Below, in pieces: positions 25,313-33,928 of a DNA stretch of 64,000 nucleotides; the stretch's first letter is position 1, and every line of letters begins with the position of its first letter. The stretch lies in NCBI GenBank assembly GCA_947448025.1, contig CANFLV010000004.1:77221-141220 (forward strand). Reading direction: 5' to 3'. The translations under genes and the position numbers were made by a program. This DNA comes from Oxalobacteraceae bacterium. GTDB taxonomy: Bacteria; Pseudomonadota; Gammaproteobacteria; Burkholderiales; Burkholderiaceae_D. The notes beneath the pieces are model-generated. The model ran no database searches, was not told where the DNA came from, and saw only the letters and a program-made list of their open reading frames with translations.

Positions 25313-27814
25313 ATGCTGATTCAATCCCTGCGCATGAGTGCGCGCGACTGGCGTGCTGGCGAATTACGCTTCCTGCTAATTGCCTTGATCGTGGCGGTGG
25401 CGGCACTGAGTTCAGTCGGCTTCTTCGTCGACCGCATGCGCAATGGCCTGGCACGCGACGCACATCAATTGCTCGGCGCGGATCTGGTCATCAGTGCCGA
25501 CCAGCCCATGGATCCGGCATGGCGTAATGACGCTGGCCGGCTTGGGCTGGCGACGGCGGAAACGCTGGTTTTTCCGAGTATGGCCATTGCCGGCACCGGC
25601 GAGCAGGCGCGCTCGCAGCTGGCTTCCGTCAAGGCGGTTACCGAGGCCTATCCTTTACGCGGGAATTTGCGCGTTGCTCTGCAGGCGGATGCTACCGGTG
25701 TAGTCACCCGCGAGACGCCCGCCGTGGGCACCGTCTGGGTCGACGCAAACTTGCTCAATGGTCTTGACTTGGCGATCGGCCAGCCGCTCAAACTGGGTGA
25801 CAAAATCTTCACGATCGCAAAGATTCTCGCCGTCGAGCCGGACCGCGGCGCCTCATTCATGAATTTCGCGCCGCGCGTGATGTTGGCGATGGCTGATGTG
25901 AGCGCGACGAACCTGATCCAATTTGGTTCGCGCGTGAGCTACCGGCTGCTCGCCGCAGGTCCGCCCGCTGCTGTTGCAACATTCCAGGCTGGCGTCGAAG
26001 CCCGTATCACCGCAGGCAATGTCAAAGGCGTGCGCCTAGAATCACTGGAAAGCGGCCGCCCCGAAATGCGCGCCACGCTCGATCGCGCCGAGCAGTTCCT
26101 CTCGCTCGTAGGCCTGCTGTCGGCGATGCTGGCAGCGGTCGCCGTGGCAATGGCGGCGCGCCGTTTCATGCTGCGCCATGTCGATGCCTGCGCGATGCTG
26201 CGTTGCCTTGGCTTGACGCAGGCGCAGGTAACAGTAATGTACCTGCTGGAATTCCTGATCGTCGGACTGGCCGGCTCGCTCGTCGGCGTGATGATCGGCT
26301 ACGCCGCGCATTTCGTGCTGCTGCAATGGCTGGGCAGTTTGGTCAGTAATGATTTGCCGGCAGCGAGCCTGGTGCCGGCGCTGCAGGGAATGGCAACGGG
26401 CTTGGTGCTGCTGGTCGGCTTTGCGATCGCGCCGGTGCTGCAGCTGGCCGATGTTCCACATAACCGGGTGCTGCGGCGAGAACAGACACCGCCCAAGCCG
26501 CGCACCATGCTCACGTATGGCCTGGGCCTGTGCAGCTTCGTCGGCCTCTTGCTCTGGCAGGCAGGGAACCTGAAACTGGGTCTGCTGACCGCAGGCGGTT
26601 TCATTGGCGGCCTCGCAGTGTTTGCACTGGTGAGCTGGGGGGGATTGCGCGCCTTGCGGCAGCTGCGCGGGCTGTTCGATCACGCCAGCTGGCGTTTTGC
26701 CGTGACCGCCTTGCAGCGTCGTCCCAGTGCGACCATGGTGCAGGTCGTCGCACTCGCGCTGGGTTTGATGGCGCTTTTGCTGCTGACCGTGATTCGCGGC
26801 GACCTTGTCGCTGGCTGGCGACAGGCGACGCCACCGGATGCGCCGAATCGTTTCGTGCTCAATATTCAAAACGACCAGCAGACCAGCCTCACTGCGCTTC
26901 TGCGCGCCAATGCGGTGGTCGCGCCGACCTTGTATCCCATGATTCGCGGTCGTCTCGTGCAAATCAATCGCCAGCCGGTGACGGCCACGAGCTATGCGGA
27001 TGACCGTGCACGCCGGCTCGTCGAGCGTGAATTCAATCTGTCAACGATGATGGTCATGCCGCCGCAAAACCAGATCGTGGCCGGTCGCTGGCTCGATAAC
27101 AGTCGACCCGAAGCCTCGGTGGAGGAGGGCCTTGCAAAAACCTTGGGGCTGAAGCTCGGCGATGAACTGTCCTTTGACATCGGCGGCCAGCAGGTCAGCG
27201 CGCCCGTCACCAGCTTGCGCAAGCTCGAATGGGGCTCGATGCGCGTGAATTTTTTTGTGATCCTGAACCCCGCCATCATGCAGGACATGCCGCAGACCTG
27301 GATCACTGCTTTCCATTTACCCGACGGCCATCCGCGCCTGGCTAATCGCCTGGCGCAGGATTATCCGAACCTGACCGTGGTCGATATCGGTAGCGTCCTC
27401 AAACAGATCCAGGACGTGATCGACCAGGTCGTCGTCGCTGTTGAATTCCTGTTCCTGTTCACGCTGGCCTCGGGTGTACTGGTGCTGTATGCAGCGCTGG
27501 CGGCGTCGCAGGATGAACGCATGCGCGAAGCTGCACTGCTACGCGCATTGGGCGCCACGCGCGGGCAGCTGTCGCGCGCGCAATGGATAGAATTTGCGCT
27601 CGTCGGTGGACTTGCCGGTGCGCTCGCCGCGACGGGCGCGGCGGCGATCGGCTGGGCGCTGGCAAAATTCATCTTCAATTTTGACTGGGTTTTCGATCCT
27701 CTCGTCTGGCTCGCCGGACTCGCTGTCGGTATCGCCTGTGCCTTCATCGGAGGCTGGATCGGCCTGCGCAACGTCCTCAATCAGCCGCCTCTGCAAACCC
27801 TGCGCGAAGCCTGA
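25313..27814 (+). CDS. ybbP: YbbP-like ABC transporter permease with two fused FtsX-type domains
   Basis: 833 aa with two FtsX-like 4-TM blocks, each preceded by a large extracytoplasmic region. Size and layout match E. coli YbbP. Confidence 0.8.
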   Translation: MLIQSLRMSARDWRAGELRFLLIALIVAVAALSSVGFFVDRMRNGLARDAHQLLGADLVISADQPMDPAWRNDAGRLGLATAETLVFPSMAIAGTGEQARSQLASVKAVTEAYPLRGNLRVALQADATGVVTRETPAVGTVWVDANLLNGLDLAIGQPLKLGDKIFTIAKILAVEPDRGASFMNFAPRVMLAMADVSATNLIQFGSRVSYRLLAAGPPAAVATFQAGVEARITAGNVKGVRLESLESGRPEMRATLDRAEQFLSLVGLLSAMLAAVAVAMAARRFMLRHVDACAMLRCLGLTQAQVTVMYLLEFLIVGLAGSLVGVMIGYAAHFVLLQWLGSLVSNDLPAASLVPALQGMATGLVLLVGFAIAPVLQLADVPHNRVLRREQTPPKPRTMLTYGLGLCSFVGLLLWQAGNLKLGLLTAGGFIGGLAVFALVSWGGLRALRQLRGLFDHASWRFAVTALQRRPSATMVQVVALALGLMALLLLTVIRGDLVAGWRQATPPDAPNRFVLNIQNDQQTSLTALLRANAVVAPTLYPMIRGRLVQINRQPVTATSYADDRARRLVEREFNLSTMMVMPPQNQIVAGRWLDNSRPEASVEEGLAKTLGLKLGDELSFDIGGQQVSAPVTSLRKLEWGSMRVNFFVILNPAIMQDMPQTWITAFHLPDGHPRLANRLAQDYPNLTVVDIGSVLKQIQDVIDQVVVAVEFLFLFTLASGVLVLYAALAASQDERMREAALLRALGATRGQLSRAQWIEFALVGGLAGALAATGAAAIGWALAKFIFNFDWVFDPLVWLAGLAVGIACAFIGGWIGLRNVLNQPPLQTLREA

Positions 27815-27829
27815 TCCCAGTCGTCCACC

Positions 27830-27854
27830 ATGCCACACGCCGCGCGTGTGGCAT
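27830..27854 (+). terminator. Hairpin after ybbP (ATGCCACACG-CCGCG-CGTGTGGCAT)
   Basis: Perfect 10-bp stem 16 nt after the stop codon, with no T-run. Confidence 0.3.
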
Positions 27855-28003
27855 CAATTCCCACTGCTTTCCTGAATGTTCACGCTGCATGACGAAGGTC
27901 AATGTGGCTGCGCTCGCCTGACGTAAAGTGCCATCAAAGAAGGCGCTGCCGTGTTCACCGCGGCTGCCTTATTCGTATCCAGTGATGGCAAAGGGGAGAC
28001 TTG

Positions 28004-29203
28004 ATGGTCTGGAATGTGCAGGCCCGCGCTGCGGCGTGGCTTAAAAAAAATAGCGTTCAGCATCTGCAATACAGCGTCCGATACTGCTTCGCGCTGGCGC
28101 TCTTGTCTTCCGGTGTCGGGTGCAATTCGATCGCTCCTGGCATGCATTTTAATCGGCAGAATACCAATGGGGATCAGACGCGCGCCTTGAGTTCCGTCAG
28201 CCAGGCGGAGATGACGCTGATCACGCCCGAATTATTGCGCCAGGAGGAACTGCAGCGTGAGCAGCAGGTGAGCCAGGACATCAGCGCGCTCTTGCATGGC
28301 CCTGCGCCATATAGCATCCAGGGCGGCGACATCCTTGCCATCGTCGTTTGGGATCATCCCGAACTGGCTTCGGCAGTGCAGGCCGGCGGGGGCGCGGCGC
28401 CTGGCGATCTGCCCGTATCAGGGACGCCGCCGGCGGGCTTCGTGGTGGATCATGAAGGCATGATCCAGTTTCCCTTTGCCGGTGGCTTGAAAGTCGCCGG
28501 CCTGACGGAAGCCGCAGCGCGCAATCTTCTCACGACGCGCCTGTCACGCTATATCAATAAGCCCGACGTGACCCTGCGCGTGCAATCGTATCGCAGCAAA
28601 CGCATTTACATCGACGGTGAAGTCAAGACGCCGGGACTGCAGCCGATCAATGACATTCCGATGACCTTACTGGAGGCGCTCAATCGCGCTGGCGGGCTCT
28701 TGCCCAGCGCTGATCAGAGCAATGTGTCGATCAGCCGCGCCGGACAGACCTACCGCGTGAATCTGCTGCAGATGGTAAGTCGCGGCGTGAACCCGGCCAG
28801 CATCATGCTCGCCAACGGTGATGTGGTGCGGGTCCTGTCGCGTGACCAGAGCAAGGTGTTTGTCTCCGGTGAAGTACTTACGCCGCGCTCGCTGGAAATG
28901 CATAGCGGTCGCATGACGCTCAATGAAGCGCTGGGTGAAGCCGGGGGCATCAATCCGCAGACCGGCGATGGTCGCCAGGTTTATGTGGTGCGCAATGCCA
29001 GTGATAAGCAGCCGCAGATATTCCACCTTGATACCCAATCACCGGCTGGCCTGTCCCTGGCGGAAGAATTCCAGCTGAGGCCTAAGGACGTTGTCTATGT
29101 GGACGCCGCGCCCCTGGCGACCTGGCACCGCGTGGTCAGCCTGATTTTCCCGAGTGCCTTGTCGCAGGTCGTGCAGGCTAATAACAGCACCCCGAATAAA
29201 TAA
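28004..29203 (+). CDS. wza: Polysaccharide export outer-membrane lipoprotein (Wza/OPX family)
   Basis: Lipobox LSSGVGC. A Poly_export-type N-terminal region (GDILAIVVWDHPEL) is followed by repeated SLBB-like segments. The ATG at 28004 follows GGGGAG. Confidence 0.85.
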   Translation: MVWNVQARAAAWLKKNSVQHLQYSVRYCFALALLSSGVGCNSIAPGMHFNRQNTNGDQTRALSSVSQAEMTLITPELLRQEELQREQQVSQDISALLHGPAPYSIQGGDILAIVVWDHPELASAVQAGGGAAPGDLPVSGTPPAGFVVDHEGMIQFPFAGGLKVAGLTEAAARNLLTTRLSRYINKPDVTLRVQSYRSKRIYIDGEVKTPGLQPINDIPMTLLEALNRAGGLLPSADQSNVSISRAGQTYRVNLLQMVSRGVNPASIMLANGDVVRVLSRDQSKVFVSGEVLTPRSLEMHSGRMTLNEALGEAGGINPQTGDGRQVYVVRNASDKQPQIFHLDTQSPAGLSLAEEFQLRPKDVVYVDAAPLATWHRVVSLIFPSALSQVVQANNSTPNK

Positions 29204-29264
29204 CCGCGTCGCTGGCGATCCACGTGTTTGCCGGCGCACGTTACTCTCACCAGATGCCGAGCCC

Positions 29265-31535
29265 ATGATCAATCCTAGCCTACCAAGCCCTGTCCAGCCC
29301 TATGTCACCCTCGCGCCAGGCGTCGAGGATGAAGTCAGTCTCGCCAGCTACGTTGATACCCTGCGTGACCATCGCCGCCTGATCGCGGTGATCGCATTCG
29401 TGGCCACGCTCATCGGCATTGGCTACGCCTACGGCGCCAGACCGACTTATGAAACCAATCTGCTGATTCATGTCGAAGAGGGCAGTCCGCGCGAATCAAA
29501 AAACATCCTCGGCGATCTTGGCGCCCTGTTCGAGTCGAAGACGGCGGCAGCGACTGAAATGGAGTTATTGCGCTCGCGACTCGTGGTCGCACGCGCGATC
29601 GATAACCTGCATCTGTACATCACGGCCAGGCCAAAATATTTTCCGCTGATCGGACCCTGGATCGCGCACCAGAACAAGGGACTGACTGCGCCGGGGCTGT
29701 TCGGTTTTGGCGGCCATGCCTGGGGCAGTGAAAAAATCAGCGTACCGGTTTTTAATGTGCCGGATGCCTTGCAAAACCTGAATTTCATCGTCAGCGCCGA
29801 GGCAAACGGCCGCTACCGTCTGCGCCAGGCTGAAAAGAATGTCGACCTCAAAGGTCAGGTCGGCCAGCCACTGGAAGCCACGACGGAATTCGGTCCGGTC
29901 AGCTTGCGCATCGATCAGATTGAGGCGCGCCCGGGTGCACAGTTCAATCTCATGCGCAGCTCGCGCCTGTCGATGATCGAAAATATCCAGACCGGTCTGG
30001 TCGTGGCGGAACTGGGCAAACAGTCCGGCGTGATCAGCGCCTCGCTGCAGGGCGATAACGCGCAATTCGTCAGCAGCGTACTGAGTGAAATCGGGCGCGA
30101 ATACATGCGCCAGAACGCCTTCCGCAAGACGGAAGAAGCGCAGAAGTCGCTGGCGCTGCTGGATGTGCAGCTGCCTGACTTAAAGCGCCAGCTCGAACAG
30201 TCGGAAGCCAGGCTCAATAGCTTCCGCAATGAACACGGCACCATCGACCTCGGTGAAGAAGCAAAGATCAGCCTGCAGCAGTCCTCTGCTGCCAGGCTGC
30301 GCAAGATCGATCTCGAACAAAGGCGCGCGGATTTGCTCAATCGCTTCACAGCCGATCATCCGGCCGTCATTGGCATCAATAGCCAGCTGCGCGCGATCAA
30401 TGCAGAGCTGCAGTCCTCGGCCGCGCATATCCGCACCTTGCCTTTGCTTGAACAGGATGTGCTGCGCCTGAGTCGCGACGTGAAGGTCAATACGGATCTC
30501 TACACCGCCTTGCTCAATACAGCGCAGCAGCTGCGTCTGGTCACGCTCGGCAAGGCCAGCAGCGTGCGCCTGGTCGATACGCCAGTGACACCGGAAAAGC
30601 CGATCTCGCCGAATCGGCCGAAAGTGATCGCCAGCGCTTTGCTGCTGGGCTTACTGCTGGGGGTGATCATTGCGTTTGCGCGCAAGGCCGTGCGTGGCCG
30701 CATCGATGATCCCAGCGACATCGAAAAAATCCTTGGCGTGCCGGTATTCGTCACGATCCCGCACAGCAAAATGCAGGCTGACCTGTTTGATGAAGTCAAT
30801 GGCAATTCCAAGCGGCTGCCCTTGCTGGCGCGTTCCGCGCCGACCGATGTGGCCATAGAAAGCCTGCGTAATTTTCGCGCCGCCTTGCAGTATTCGCTGG
30901 CGCGCGCGAAGAGCAATATCGTACTCATTGCGGGGCCGACTTCGGGCATGGGCAAGACCTTTGTCTCGGTCAATCTGGCGGCCTTGTTGGCGGCCTCGGG
31001 CAAGCGCGTGTTGCTGATCGATGCCGATTTCCGCAATGGCCATCTGCACCGGTATTTCGAACTGGGACGCCAGTCCGGCCTGTCCGATTACCTCTCTGGC
31101 GCAGCGCGGCTGGAACAAATACTAAATCAGCATGTGCTGGAAAACCTTGACTTCATCTCGACCGGTTCCCTGCCACCTAGTCCGGCTGAATTGCTGCTAC
31201 GCCCAGCCTTGGGCGGCGTGCTGAAGGCCTTGTCGGCGCAGTATGACGTGGTGCTCATCGACGCCACGCCTATTCTGCCGGTGGCCGATACGCTCATTAT
31301 CGGCGCCCACGTCGGTTCGATTTTCCTCATGAGCCGTGCTGGCGTGAGTACGCCCGGTGAAATCGCCGAGTCAATCAAACGCCTCGCGCACGCCGGCCTC
31401 GCACCGAAGGGTGTGCTGTTCAATGACCTCAGCGCGCGGCCAGGTCGTTATGGCTACGGTTATAAATATGGACGGTATCGGCAGGCAGTTTATGCGCTGG
31501 GGGAACGTCCGCTCATTGAGGCGTCGCCCGCATGA
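29265..31535 (+). CDS. wzc: Polysaccharide co-polymerase / tyrosine autokinase (Wzc, PCP-2a)
   Basis: Wzz-type periplasmic coiled-coil domain, Walker A GPTSGMGKTF, Walker B VVLIDATP and a C-terminal tyrosine cluster (RYGYGYKYGRYRQAVY). Start set at ATG 29265. Confidence 0.9.
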   Translation: MINPSLPSPVQPYVTLAPGVEDEVSLASYVDTLRDHRRLIAVIAFVATLIGIGYAYGARPTYETNLLIHVEEGSPRESKNILGDLGALFESKTAAATEMELLRSRLVVARAIDNLHLYITARPKYFPLIGPWIAHQNKGLTAPGLFGFGGHAWGSEKISVPVFNVPDALQNLNFIVSAEANGRYRLRQAEKNVDLKGQVGQPLEATTEFGPVSLRIDQIEARPGAQFNLMRSSRLSMIENIQTGLVVAELGKQSGVISASLQGDNAQFVSSVLSEIGREYMRQNAFRKTEEAQKSLALLDVQLPDLKRQLEQSEARLNSFRNEHGTIDLGEEAKISLQQSSAARLRKIDLEQRRADLLNRFTADHPAVIGINSQLRAINAELQSSAAHIRTLPLLEQDVLRLSRDVKVNTDLYTALLNTAQQLRLVTLGKASSVRLVDTPVTPEKPISPNRPKVIASALLLGLLLGVIIAFARKAVRGRIDDPSDIEKILGVPVFVTIPHSKMQADLFDEVNGNSKRLPLLARSAPTDVAIESLRNFRAALQYSLARAKSNIVLIAGPTSGMGKTFVSVNLAALLAASGKRVLLIDADFRNGHLHRYFELGRQSGLSDYLSGAARLEQILNQHVLENLDFISTGSLPPSPAELLLRPALGGVLKALSAQYDVVLIDATPILPVADTLIIGAHVGSIFLMSRAGVSTPGEIAESIKRLAHAGLAPKGVLFNDLSARPGRYGYGYKYGRYRQAVYALGERPLIEASPA

Positions 31536-32686
31536 CGGCGGCACGCTTGGCCGGTCCTCCAGATTCCGGATTTGCTGAGTCGTCGACGCAGGTCTGTAAC
31601 GATGAGCTTCGTGTGTCGACCTGCTTTTTCATGAACGAAATACCGTCCTTTGCCGGCGCGGAGCTCGAGCGTTTATATGGCAGCATTTATGCGTCGATTG
31701 GACAGTTCCTCGTCTACGATCATGACGGGCCTGCGAGCACCTATGTGGCCCGGCGGGATAGCTCTGTGGTGGCGATATTGCTGTTTCGTCTTGAGGGACA
31801 TTGTGTGAAGGTGCTCAATGAAGTGATCCAGCTTGACATTGAGGAGATCAATCGCTTTGCACGTTTCGCCTTTGCTTCATTTCCTGCGGCTCAAGTGCTT
31901 ATGTTTCATGCCTTGGGTACGGGGCCCGAAAAGCCGGATTTTTTATATCAGCGTTATAACTGCCTTGAAGATATCGTGCTGGCCTTGCCCGGAACGGAAC
32001 AGGCATATTTTGCCAGCCTCGGTAAAAATACCCGACGTAATCTCAAGCGCTACCAGCGCAAATTGCTCGATGTTCATCCGGGCTTTTGTTTTGATATTCT
32101 GGACGCCGGCCAAATCGACAGCCAGATTATTGACGATATTGTGGCGCTGAACCGGGCGCGCATGGCGGTCAAAAAGAAGGTCTCGGCTTTGCAGGCGAGT
32201 CATACGGATGCGCTGATCCAACTCGCACAACATTGCGGATTGGTCGGTGTCGCGAGGATCAATGGCCGTGTCTGTGCCGGCGCCATCAGTTTTCGGACCG
32301 GTAAAAATTATTATCTCAGCGTGATTGCCCACGATCCGCTGTATGACGAATTCTGGCTCGGCATCTTGTGCTGTTACATGACGATTTGTGCCTGTATTGC
32401 GCGCGGCGGAAAAGAGTTTCATTTCCTGTGGGGCGAATACGAATACAAATACACCCTCTTAGGTGTCAGGCGCGATCTCGATAATCTGACGCTATATCGC
32501 TCGCCACTGCAGCTGCTGCGGCATGCTGATGTCGCGCTGAAGATGCTACGGCTCGGTCTGGCACGGCGGTTGCTTTTATCTTTGCATGCGATGTCGCATA
32601 GCGAGCGTCCGCTGAGCCGGTGGCTCAGAAAAGCGGTGCAACGATGGCGCAATGTCAAAGATGTGCTGCCGCCTGAAGCGCCCTAG
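31532..32686 (+). CDS. FemAB/CelD-like (BioF2-like GNAT, Acetyltransf_6-type) acyltransferase, copy 1
   Basis: The block LGKNTRRNLKRYQRKL and overall length resemble CelD/FemAB-related proteins of EPS loci. The ATG at 31532 forms an ATGA overlap with the wzc stop; an alternative ATG lies at 31631. Confidence 0.65.
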   Translation: MTAARLAGPPDSGFAESSTQVCNDELRVSTCFFMNEIPSFAGAELERLYGSIYASIGQFLVYDHDGPASTYVARRDSSVVAILLFRLEGHCVKVLNEVIQLDIEEINRFARFAFASFPAAQVLMFHALGTGPEKPDFLYQRYNCLEDIVLALPGTEQAYFASLGKNTRRNLKRYQRKLLDVHPGFCFDILDAGQIDSQIIDDIVALNRARMAVKKKVSALQASHTDALIQLAQHCGLVGVARINGRVCAGAISFRTGKNYYLSVIAHDPLYDEFWLGILCCYMTICACIARGGKEFHFLWGEYEYKYTLLGVRRDLDNLTLYRSPLQLLRHADVALKMLRLGLARRLLLSLHAMSHSERPLSRWLRKAVQRWRNVKDVLPPEAP

Positions 32687-32743
32687 TTGAGTCGGTTTGC
32701 GGTCGGTCGTATTTCCCGCACTGATTGATGGCATTGGAGTACC

Positions 32744-33892
32744 GTGAAAATTCAAACGCACAAGCCTGAGTCGATCACGATCGCGTGCTACGAAAATTAT
32801 GTGCCGCCATTTGTGGATACCGTCATGGACGGACTCTATCAAAGTCTGTTTTCGTCGATGGCCCTGATCCGGATTTACGATTCAGTGAACCTGGTCAGCA
32901 CCTATGTAGCGCGGGACGCGGACGCGGTGGTCGCGCTTTTCCTGTTCCGTCGGGAAGGATCGAAGGTGTCAGTCTGTAATGAGGTCTTCAAGGTGGATGC
33001 GGCCGAGGTGACGCGCTTTGCCGATTATATTTTTTCGCGCTTTGGTGGTGTCAACGTGATTTCGTTTCGGGCCGTCGAAAATGACATCCACAGGCTGCCG
33101 TTTCCGTATTTGCGCTTCAACACCTTGGAGGACATCGTGCTGACCCTGCCGTCCTGTGTCGATGATTATCTCGCCAGCCTGGGCAAGGCGACCCGGCGCA
33201 CGATACGCGGCAATATGAACCGGCTGGCGCGCAGTTTTCCAACATTTCGTTTCGACGTCTATGAAAATGAACAGATCCGTGAATCCGATGTGCGCGCCAT
33301 TATCAGAATGAATCATGCGCGCATGGCCGGCAAGGACAAGGTTTCGAGTTACAGCGATGAAGATGCGCGGCGTATCTACGCTTTGGCGCGTGTCTGTGGT
33401 CTCGTCGGCGTGCTAATGCTCGATGGTCGTGTCTGCGCTGGCGCAGTCAGCTATCGCATCGGCGACAATTATTTCATGAGCCTGGCGGCCCATGATCCGC
33501 ACTACGACAGCTTCCGTCTGGGGACACTCAACGGCTTCCTCAATATCAGTGAATGCATCCTGCGTGGTGCCAAGGAATGCCATCTGCTGTGGGGCCAGCA
33601 TGACTATAAATACCGCTTCCTTGGCGTCGAGCGCGGCCTCGATAATCTGGCGGTGTACCGCTCGCCGGCGGCAATGCTGCGCCATGCAGACCATGCCTTG
33701 AAGATGACCTTCGATGGCGTGCGCCGGCATGTGCAGCGGCGCGCCCATGAGGCGAAGCGGCGCGATGCCTTCAGCTGGCGCATCGCAGTCAAAGTTGCTG
33801 CTGGCCTGCGCAGCATGCAGCGGTTTAGTCGTAGCGGTCTCGGCATGCGCGTGCCGCAGCTGGGAGAACTGGGAAAATTGCCGGAGGATTGA
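32744..33892 (+). CDS. FemAB/CelD-like acyltransferase, copy 2 (paralogue of the preceding gene)
   Basis: Colinear by eye with copy 1 (YVARDADAVVALFLFRREGSKVSVCNEV vs YVARRDSSVVAILLFRLEGHCVKVLNEV; LGKATRRTIRGNMNRL vs LGKNTRRNLKRYQRKL; LWGQHDYKYRFLGV vs LWGEYEYKYTLLGV). GTG start after GGAG. Confidence 0.65.
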   Translation: MKIQTHKPESITIACYENYVPPFVDTVMDGLYQSLFSSMALIRIYDSVNLVSTYVARDADAVVALFLFRREGSKVSVCNEVFKVDAAEVTRFADYIFSRFGGVNVISFRAVENDIHRLPFPYLRFNTLEDIVLTLPSCVDDYLASLGKATRRTIRGNMNRLARSFPTFRFDVYENEQIRESDVRAIIRMNHARMAGKDKVSSYSDEDARRIYALARVCGLVGVLMLDGRVCAGAVSYRIGDNYFMSLAAHDPHYDSFRLGTLNGFLNISECILRGAKECHLLWGQHDYKYRFLGVERGLDNLAVYRSPAAMLRHADHALKMTFDGVRRHVQRRAHEAKRRDAFSWRIAVKVAAGLRSMQRFSRSGLGMRVPQLGELGKLPED

Positions 33893-33928
33893 AGTGCTGC
33901 ACAGTAGAACAATTTCGAGAGTGTGCCA

